The notes under the pieces: model-generated
The model's database searches: none
Seen by the model: only the letters and a program-made list of their open reading frames with translations
Told to the model about the DNA's origin: nothing
Program-made: the position numbers and the translations under genes
Assembly: GCA_009602735.1 (NCBI GenBank)
Contig: WELA01001243.1
Span: 1-64,000, forward strand
Direction of reading: 5' to 3'
Source of the DNA: Mesotaenium endlicherianum
Taxonomy: Eukaryota
DNA: 64,000 bases
Shown: piece after piece, positions 55,136 through 64,000 of the stretch
Layout: each line of letters begins with the position of its first letter
Position numbering within the stretch: position 1 is the stretch's first letter

Positions 55136-58100
55136 TCCAGTCTACTGACTGTGAGGATGCTAGAGATAGTGAGTCGTCACTAGCTGCCCTCGTAGCAGGT
55201 ATTATGGGTCCTGCTGAACTGGATTCACTATGCATGCCTGACAAACAGATAAAGGAGACCATCAGTAATATAGACGTCCAGAGAGTGCACACTCTGGATG
55301 CTCTTGTTCCACCTGATGTCCAACATTTCTTTGCTACGTCAGGAGAACAATGCGAAAGTCAGGAAAAGACAGTCCCCCCTATCCTACTGCATTGCATGAT
55401 TGCAGGTAGGAAGGTGAGGGCATTTGTTGACGGAGGGGCGTCACATACTTTTATCCACAAGGACTTAGTTAAGCGGCTAAGGCTGCCTACTGTCACCCAA
55501 GGGAATAGAAAAATATTCCTTGGAGATGCCTCAAGTATCCCGGGAGGAGTTATAACCAAGCCTATTGAGGTCCAGTTAGGTTCTGGCATTGCAGTTCTAA
55601 CTGAAACGCTTACATTTGAGGTACTCAACACTGGCTTTTATGATCTCGTGCTAGGCAGGTCCTGGCTTAATAGACATCAAGCTGAAGTGTGTTGGAGCAG
55701 AGGTACAGTTAAAGTGAGAGGAGCCAGTGATGGGCAAACTGACTTGGCACCCACCAGTGCTCTTCCTCTTGTCCTGTGTGGATGGCAAATGAAGGAGAAG
55801 AAGAGGCTTCCAGAAGGATGCAAGTTGCTGACTGCAATGGAGTTCGTCAAAAGCTGGAACCAGAAGGAAGACAGAATGTTCTGTCTGCTGCTAAGAGAGG
55901 TACCTCCACAACCTGGAGAAGTGGTTGAGAAAAAGGTACACCCTCCGGAGCACCCTACTGCTGCAAACATTGTTGCTCAGTACACGGATGTGTTTAATAT
56001 GCCTCCAGGACTACCCCCTAAGCGGGAAGTAGATCATAGGATTGATCTATTACCTGGTAGCCAGCCACCCTGGCAACGCACGTATGGCTTGTCTTATTTG
56101 GAGAGTGAGGAGTTGAAAACACAGATTGCAGAGCTGGAGGAAAATGGTTACATTTCTCCCAGTAAATCACCGTACGGCGCACCTATCCTATTTGTTAAGA
56201 AAAAGGATGGCAGTATGCGGATGTGTGTGGATTACAGAGCCCTGAACAGAATTACAGTAAAGAACAAGTATGCTTTACCCAGAATCGAGGACTTGCTTGA
56301 CACCCTGTCTGGCGCTTAAGTGTTCAGTAAGATAGATCTCAAGAGTGGTTATCATCAAATCAGAATTGCTGAGGGGGATGAAAACAAGACTGCTTTCCGC
56401 ACACGTTATGGACACTATGAGTTCATGCCATTTGGACTGACTAATGCTCCTGCTACCTTCATGGGTGCTATGAATGACATTTTTAGACCTTATTTGGATA
56501 AGTTTGTGCAAGTTTTCCTGGATAATATTTTAATTTTCTCTAAAGATGAAGCTCAGCACACTGAACACTTAAAAACAGTCCTGGACACTCTGCGTAAAAA
56601 TCACTTATATACTAAAATGAGCAAGTGTGATTACTTTAAGGAAAGTATTGAATTCTTAGGCCACGTTGTCAGTAAGGAGGGCATCAGTGTGGATCCTAAG
56701 AAAGTCCAGATCATAAGGGACTGGCCAGTACCACAGTCTGTCTCTGAAGTTAGATCCTTCCTCGGGTTGGCTAACTACTATAGGAGATTTATTGAGAATT
56801 ATTCCACAAAGGCCAGTAAACTGACTGACCTTACTAAGAAAGACATCGGGTATGTGTGGGGGGAAGAGCAGCAGGCTGCCTTCCAGACCCTTAAAGATGC
56901 CCTTTGTTCTGCCCCAGTGCTAGCCGTGTATGACTCCAGCAAACCGGTGCAGGTGGTTACTGATGCCTCTGACTTTGCCATGGGTGCTATTTTGTTGCAG
57001 CCTGCTGACAAAACCACAAAGGATGGTAAGGTACGGCAGGAGTGGCATCCTGTGNNNNNNNNNNNNCTGTATGAGTCTATGAAATTTAANCTAGCGGAGA
57101 TTAATACTCAGTGCATGATAAAGAGCTGCTAGCTATCATTCATGTACTCAAACAGTGGAGAGCATACTTACATGGTAAAGCTTTTAAGGTGATTACAGAT
57201 CATCTAGCTCTGACCCACTTTCAGAAGAAGTCCAAGCTGTCGAGGAGGGAGAACCGCTGGAGCCAGATGCTGGAGCAGTTCCAAGTCCAGATCGACTACA
57301 AACCAGGGAAGTTGAATCCTGCTGATGCACTCTCTAGAAGACCTGACTTGCAAGAAAGGAACTTTAGTCAGCATGCTGTAGATAAAGTCCTGTGTGCACT
57401 CACTTCACTAAAGGTGAAAAAGTCCTTCCTTGAACAACTTAGGAAAGCCTACCTTTCTGACCCAACATTTGAGCCCAGCCCCACTACTGGTGTGTGTCGT
57501 GCTACTGCACTCGGGTATAAGCTTAAGGGAGGGGTCTGGGTGACTGAAACCACTTCAGGCAGGCTGAAGCTGGTCATTCCTAATAACTTGGAAATAAGGT
57601 CTCTCTTACTGAGTCAAGCTCATGCCAGTCTCCTGGGTGGACATTTGGGGCAGGCCAAAACTGTTGGCAAACTGGCAAAACATTATCATTGGGAGGGGTT
57701 ACCCCGGGAGGTCTTGAAATATGTCAAGTCCTGTGACCAGTGTCAGAGAAATAAGTCTCGGCACACACCACCTGGAGGTCTCTTGCAACCGCTGCCCATC
57801 CCAGCTGGACGCTGGGAAACTATATCCATGGACTGGGTGGTCTCACCACCAAGAACTGCCAACGGGCATGATTCCAAACTGGTAGTCATGGATAAACTGA
57901 CAAAAATGGTCATTTTTATCCCCACAACTGTCAAAGTGACTGCACTCGAAACAGCGAGACAGTTTTACAACCATGTAGTATGCCAACATGGGCTCCCTTC
58001 TAATATCATCTCAGACAGAGACTCAAAATTCACCTCTAAGTTCTGGAGAGCTTTAATGGGGTTAATGGGAGTCAAACAGCTGCTCAGCACAGCAAACCAC

Positions 58101-58925
58101 CCTCAGACTGATGGGCAGACTGAAAGAACTAACCGAGTTCTGCAAGAGGTGCTGAGAGCATATATTAACCAAAAACAAGATAATTGGGATGACCTGTTGC
58201 CTCAAATTCAGTTTGCGGTCAACAGTGCGGTGCACGCGTCAACGGGCAAAACTCCTTTTGAACTCAGCCTGGGTAGAGTCCCTAAGTCTCCTCTAGATGT
58301 GCTAGGGGAATCTTTAACTCACCCTGAAGGGATTGACAACCCGGTCTCCCTCCAGTTAACTCAGGAGTTTGCCGACACCATGTCAGAAGTCCAACGCAAC
58401 TTGCAAACGGCCCAACAAAACCAACAAAAATACGCTACTCAACACCGTCGGGAACTGACATTTTCCAAGGGGGATTTAGTCAAACTGCATTCTCAGCACC
58501 TGTACCTCCCTGGTGTGGTCAAGAAAAAGCTTGGCCCTGTCTGGGTCGGTCCGTATTCGGTGGTCCGTCGTGTCGGTCAGAATGCTTACAAACTGAACAT
58601 GTCAGCTGAATACAAGGGGCACCCGGTCTTTAATGTCTCCTTCCTGGAACCGTACATCAAAGGTGATACACTGTTCACAGGTCGGTTCCCTGTCCAACCG
58701 GGACCTGTCCCCGCTGTCCGGGACGGCGACCCTGAGGAATATGAGGTCGATGAGATTTTAGACGCTCGCTCGGTCCGTCGATCGTCTAAATATGTCATGA
58801 AATACCTCATTCGATGGAAGGGTTACGATGCCTCTGGGGACACTTGGGAGTTTAAGGACCACTTGACCAATGCCAAAGGGGCGTTGACACGGTTCCACCT
58901 TCGGGCCGCTGGAGTCCCTCCATAA
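55090..58925 (+). pseudogene. pol: Pol of the nested family A copy, disrupted
   Basis: Stop at 56317-56319, FLDD changed to FLDN, 6-nt deletion in RT, and a frameshift near 57105 (next to Ns, so possibly an assembly error). Chromodomain intact. Confidence 0.88.
55111..55152 (+). promoter_or_regulatory. -1 frameshift signal (second copy)
   Basis: TTTAAAA at 55111-55117; stem 55125-55134 / 55143-55152. Confidence 0.8.
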
Positions 58926-59409
58926 CTGTCATTTCAGTTGACACGGGAAGGTGACAGGCGGTCCTGTCTCCATTTAAGTTGGAGGGGAAAATATATGACA
59001 GTTAGTGAGCGAGAGCGATAAAAGAACAGTTACGTGAACCCTAAGTGTCAGCATAGTGACAGAGGGGACAGCCTGGCCCACATAAAGCACCTTGAGCTGA
59101 AGGAAAAAGGGCCTCGCATAACACTACATCACTTAACTCACCCTAAAACACACTCATACGTTTATGTGTAGCGCATCCCAACTACGTCAACTTTTAGCAA
59201 TCATCCTGGAAGGTAAACAGCAGCGAAGCCACTATACTAATACTAACATACTTCCTGCAATCCCTATGACAAAGTTCCGTATCCTACTAACTTGTGCCCT
59301 GGTTACATGTGCAGGATGGCGCCCACCACACAAAAGGTAACATACTTCCTGCAATCCCTATGACAAAGTTCCATATCCTACTAACTTGTGCCCTGGTTAC
59401 ATGTGCTGG

Positions 59410-61086
59410 ATGGCGCCCACCACACAAAAGGAGGACAGAAAGCGCAAGGCAGAAGAAGCCAGGAGGACTATGGAACAATACCAGAAGGAGCTGGCGGCGA
59501 CGTCCCTCACCAGGAGAGAACAAGAAAGGGTCCGCAAACAACAAGAGGCGGCAGAAGAGGCACAGAGGAAGAAGGATCAGGAAGCGAAAAACCTCAGGAA
59601 AGTTGAGGAGGAGAGACAGAAGAAACAGCAAGAAGAAGCGGCAGCGGCAGAAGAGGAGAAAAGGAAAAAGCTTGAAGCGGACAGACAGAAGAGCTTGGCC
59701 ACTTACAGGTATACTGTGGTGGGTGGCCAGAACTTTGATAACCTGAAGGAAGCATTGCTGGCAGCCCAGGAGATCAACAGGCTGGAACAGACAACACTGC
59801 TACAGAAGGAAGGAGCTACAGCACTGGACAGGTACATCGAGACACACACCGGCGTGGTCCTTTACGAAGATTATGCTAAGATGGTGGGCTATACAGCAGA
59901 GCAGGCCCGGTATCTCGCAGATGATTCAGAGGACAAGCCGGTCCCCATACCGGGAATAGTGGGAGATCAGAGACTCATCCGGATGGTGAGCATGCGGCCC
60001 GATAGCTTTAAGGATACGGTATTCTACCTCACACTCCTGCCAGCTTACAATGAAGTTGAGAGAAGGAGCTGGGAGTACTTGGCCAGGGAAGCAGGACAGC
60101 AGATGTTCTCTCCCCACTGGTTCCCGTGTAAACTGAGGAAGGCTGAGCACGGACCCCAGTACTACCAGCAGCCAACAGACTGGAGGTGGATGACCGTCAC
60201 AAATAAGAAGCAGGAGTGTGACCGAGCCCAACCGGATGACTTCCACTATGGCCTAGACGGCTATCTCATCCTACCACCTCACATTGCCCCTTGGGACCCC
60301 AGGCTGAATGGATGCCTGAGCAATATGAATGCAGAGACCAAGGAACATAGGAGGAGGGGAAGAGAGTACTTCTCTAAGGGAAAGCATGCCTTTGTCAAAT
60401 GGGCAAAGAATGCAGGCCGGATAGATATCAGTAGGCTGAAGGCCAAGCAACCTCCAGCGCGCCCTAAGAAAGGGAGGTCGGTAGACTACTCCATGTCTAC
60501 TAGGGAGCAGGACGACTTAGTGGACGAGACCCCTACTCTCTCCGAGGAGGAGGATGAGGAGGATGAGGAAGAAGAACAAGGCAGAGGAGAAGCATCAGCA
60601 GCAGGTACTCAGGATACCCAGGGACAGGCAGTGGCACTTCCTAAAGAACCACGATCAGGTGTGTGGAATGTGATCCCCGTTATGGCGACAACTGGACCCC
60701 GCGCTCGCTCCCCCAGCCCACCTGCCCAAGCAGGGGAAGAAGCTGATCTGACTGTACTGGGCAGCAGACACAGACAGAAATCCCCAGAGGACAGGGGTGC
60801 CAGAAGAGGGACACGCGGGTGGGCCAGAGGTATGCCAGCCTCCCCCTCCGCTCAGGGGCATGTACCTCTAGCCAATGTATTTCAGCATCCTACTGGAATG
60901 CCTGTCTATGTGGGAATCAACACCCAAGTGGTTGAAGAGCAGGCCACCATCCACCGTTCTCCTCGAGGGCCAACTTTAGAGCAAACAGGGTCCTTTAGAA
61001 GGCCAGCTGACAGACCTAGAGGGCTGTCCAGATCTAGGTCCAGATCTCCGTCTCCTGACCCTGAAGCCCCAGGAACAACCCCTTAA
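59410..61086 (+). CDS. Extra ORF (ORF3) of family A, second copy, intact
   Basis: Same length as 1778-3478 with only a handful of amino-acid changes. Confidence 0.78.
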   Translation: MAPTTQKEDRKRKAEEARRTMEQYQKELAATSLTRREQERVRKQQEAAEEAQRKKDQEAKNLRKVEEERQKKQQEEAAAAEEEKRKKLEADRQKSLATYRYTVVGGQNFDNLKEALLAAQEINRLEQTTLLQKEGATALDRYIETHTGVVLYEDYAKMVGYTAEQARYLADDSEDKPVPIPGIVGDQRLIRMVSMRPDSFKDTVFYLTLLPAYNEVERRSWEYLAREAGQQMFSPHWFPCKLRKAEHGPQYYQQPTDWRWMTVTNKKQECDRAQPDDFHYGLDGYLILPPHIAPWDPRLNGCLSNMNAETKEHRRRGREYFSKGKHAFVKWAKNAGRIDISRLKAKQPPARPKKGRSVDYSMSTREQDDLVDETPTLSEEEDEEDEEEEQGRGEASAAGTQDTQGQAVALPKEPRSGVWNVIPVMATTGPRARSPSPPAQAGEEADLTVLGSRHRQKSPEDRGARRGTRGWARGMPASPSAQGHVPLANVFQHPTGMPVYVGINTQVVEEQATIHRSPRGPTLEQTGSFRRPADRPRGLSRSRSRSPSPDPEAPGTTP

Positions 61087-61199
61087 GGTGACACGCTGAA
61101 GAGGCAGTCAGTAAGGGAGGCTGGTCAGGTTCAGTTCCCTTATTTAAAATTTCTGCAGTTTAATGTTGTCGAGGCGACAACAAGTTAAGTTGGAGGGAT

Positions 61200-61919
61200 T
61201 GTAATGAATCAGTATATTAGTGGATATAATATTCATTTAAATATAATAGTTAATTACGTTCAGCCTGCTGAACTTCAGTCAATAGTCAATCTGCTGGACT
61301 TTACATAATTATCAGTTTATTGACTCAGCCGAAAGCAGCAGGCTGAAGTCCATATAAGTCAGCTTGCTGACCCATTCTTTGACAGCCAGCTGACTTCCAT
61401 AATCGGTAGCAGCAAACTGCCTTGACATACACCTAAGCACGATATGCTAGATTGAATGGCAAGATGACATCCCTATGATGGATGGCGATTCGGGATGATG
61501 GGAGATGGCGGTGGATTTGGTTAACCGAGGTCCTACCAACGTGGTTAACTCCCGGGTAGGCGGTGCCATCGCACTGACCGTTGAACAGTAAACTCATTCC
61601 ATGTACATATGCTAGGCATTGCTCTTGAGTTCGGCATTCGGAAACGAGGCCAACTCTCTTGTACAGCTTACTGAGAGAGATCTGAATCCAAGGCGAGAAG
61701 CCATTGATACGCACTGTCTTCTAACCTTGCTTATGTATGAGTTTACTGATTTGCATCATTGATGCTAGTTTACTCGCATTTGACTTACGAGTATTATTCC
61801 CTGCTAGTGTATTGTCCTTTGCCGTTTAACCAGTTAACGGAAATACCATAAAGATTACTTGCTGATATAAAGATCTTTATTACTTGTTAATTGCCTATTT
61901 GGTAAGTCGATTCATTTCA
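61200..61919 (+). repeat. Family A 3' LTR
   Basis: After the PPT; TG...CA; followed by TSD CTATG. Confidence 0.95.
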
Positions 61920-63368
61920 CTATGCCTCACGTTCTAACAATCGAGCGGAGAGCAACTACTCGTCCTACGAAGGAGAGCTGCTGGCAGTGGTTTGGGCTGT
62001 CACACACTTCAAGGAGTATCTGTGGGGAAGACCCTTCACGCTGATCACGGATCACTCACCATTACTATGGCTGATGAAAAATGGAGACCTCACTGGTAAG
62101 TTGGCTCGCTGGGCTCTTAAGCTGCAGGAGTACCAAATGACGGTGGTGCACAGAGCAGGAGTGCTCAACAACGACGCCAATGGACTCAGCAGGAACCCAG
62201 ACCCATCTTCAGACGACAGAACAGGAGCTCGAGAGGACGAAGACCCGAGCAGCCCAGCAGAGTTGGTGGCCTGCCTAGCCGAAATGGCTGGAATGGTAGC
62301 ATCAGGCGAAGCTGAGCCACGACCCCTGTTCACTCCAGAGATCTGGAAAGATCAAGCTACTATGCACTGGCTGAAGACGGTAACTCACTTGGAAGGGCTA
62401 TCAGTGAAGGAGAAGAACCAGGTTAGCCATCGAGCTAAAAGGTTCTGCTGGAAACGCAACAACCTCTTCAATATTAAAGAAACTGGTAAGGAGAAGTTAG
62501 TGCCAGAATCCATCAGGAGACGAGTTCTTGTGCAGGAAATGCACGAGAACACTGGACACTATGGTGTCAAGATGACGTATGGTCTTTTGGAGCTGTCTTA
62601 CTGGTGGAGGGGCATGAAGGAGCAGTATGAAGATGTGATCAAGGCCTGCCAAAGCTGTGATAGCGTCAAGGCTGGTTTTACGCAGCAACATCCACACTTG
62701 CAATATTTGCCAATCATGGGCCTAGACTACTGCTGGAGCTGCGATCTCGCAGATTTAGCAAGCAGGCTGCCTTGGCGAATTACTCGCCAAATCAAATAAT
62801 GTTTGGCAGAAGTCCAATAGTGCCCAGCAGTATCAAGCAAGAGATTGAACAGGTGAAAGACCTGGACAGCCCTGATGAACTGCTAAAGGTGATGGAACGC
62901 CGTAAGGCGTTATTTGAGCGCATAATGCCGGTTGCGCTGGACAATCTGAAAATCGTGCAGAAAAGAGATACGCATCGTCACACCAGGACGCGAGACGGGA
63001 GCTACCGCCTGTAGTTGACGCAGATTCAAGAAGGAGACTTCGTCTACCGCAAGCGCCAATGGTTCAACAATGGTGTGTTAAAGCAGGAAGGTTTTGATGG
63101 TAAAACCATGAGAGACCACGTGCAGAATTGCTCGCTATGCCATTTGCCGAATATTGATCCTACGCTTAGGGTTGTGCCCGAGAAATTGGTGCCAGCCACG
63201 CCTTGTGCCAGCTGCAAAGTGCTGAATGATCAAGAAGCAATAATAACTTGCGATAAGTGTGGTGCCCGTTGGCACACTTTCTGCATTGGCGAGGAAGAGA
63301 TTATGGCAGGACATTGGGAATGTCCTGACTACCTTTCTAAACCCCCTAGCCGCAGGGCTGGAAAATAA
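61920..63368 (+). pseudogene. pol: Family B RNase H C-part, integrase (catalytic core largely deleted) and C-terminal PHD finger
   Basis: ELLAVVWAVTHF..FTLITDH..LARWALKLQEY; HENTGHYG..YWWRGM..CQSC; WSCDLA|..YSPNQIMFGRSP; CASC..ITCDKCGARWHTFCI..WECPDY. Confidence 0.88.
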
Positions 63369-63415
63369 TAGCTTTTTGCAAAAAAGGCAGGGACGCCTCA
63401 GCTGAAAGGGAGGGG

Positions 63416-64000
63416 TGTAAGAGGAATTAAGGCAAGGCAAGTATTATTTAAATTTTCTGCTAAGTCTTAGAATGAGCAGATGGTGAGAGCTGGGTGAAGG
63501 AGAACATTGCTATGAGTGTTGGTCATGGTTGCATGGTGCAAGTTCAGGAGCCCAGGGATGGGTTAACCTTGGTAAGGCTTGTCATCGACACACGTGCAAA
63601 GGTCAATCGACCATGTTTGCCCACACGTGAGGAGGGCCACCGACACATCGACCAGGTCGAAGGCACACGTGCTGGAAGGCTACGCACGTGCTAAGGGACC
63701 GACACTTTAGGCACGACAACATGTGCATATGTGGTGGGGAACAAGCTTGTGCCAATTTGCGCTTTTGTGTTGCTTGCATGGGTGCACGCGTGCATGCAAG
63801 CATTTACACATGGTATATCCATAATAAGGTGTCAAGGACGTGTAAGAGCATAGAAAGATAATGAAAGTGTACGCTCAACCACATGCTTGGGTCTGTGGGT
63901 GCATGCGTGAATGCGAGCAAGCATTTGTGTTATGCATGCATGTGCAATTTTAGCGTGCGGCATGTGGGCGCGTATCGTATGTATGAAAGTGCAAAGGTGG
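63416..64000 (+). repeat. Start of the family B 3' LTR (block B then block A), truncated by the window
   Basis: TGTAAGAG directly after the PPT, then matches to 43639-43934 and 43178-43460. Confidence 0.82.

Larger units (their letters stand above)
52911..61919 (+). mobile_element. Full-length family A chromovirus nested in the RNase H of family B
   Basis: LTRs 52911-53622 and 61200-61919; TSD CTATG (52906-52910, 61920-61924); PBS TGGTATCGAAGC at 53624; PPT at 61188-61199. Removal restores VIAYASRSNNRAESNYSSYEGELLAVVWA. Confidence 0.97.
43064..64000 (+). mobile_element. Decayed Ty3/gypsy LTR retrotransposon (family B) encoding a C5 cytosine methyltransferase and a PHD finger; hosts three nested insertions; right end outside the window
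   Basis: Gag-PR-MTase-RT-RH-IN-PHD order; PPT GAAAGGGAGGGG (63404-63415) followed by TG; repeats 43178-43934 recur at 63424-64000. The left boundary (TG at 43064) is a guess. Confidence 0.85.

Overview
Eukaryotic genomic DNA, most likely from a green (streptophyte-type) alga. This is inferred from GT-AG introns, GC-rich low-complexity introns with N gaps, and a plastid-type BASS transporter. The middle (about 11.7-42.2 kb) holds six spliced host genes: an FAD-dependent monooxygenase, an alpha/beta hydrolase, COQ5/UbiE, two tandem secreted fungal-type (GH13_1-like) alpha-amylases and a BASS transporter. Both flanks are Ty3/gypsy LTR retrotransposons. Family A is a chromovirus with gag, pol reached by a clear -1 frameshift signal, and an extra sense-strand ~557-566 aa ORF of unknown function before the 3' LTR. 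It occurs as an intact copy (941-9738, minus), a tandem partial copy sharing an LTR (1-940), a decayed full copy (52911-61919, TSD CTATG) and a solo LTR (44442-45160, TSD AGCGA). Family B (about 43.1 kb to beyond 64 kb) is a decayed gypsy element. After three nested insertions are removed, it reads Gag - protease - DNMT3-like C5 cytosine methyltransferase - ~590 aa unknown region - RT - RNase H - integrase - PHD finger, with terminal repeat blocks in permuted order. The methyltransferase+PHD retrotransposon and the three-ORF chromovirus are the most notable systems.
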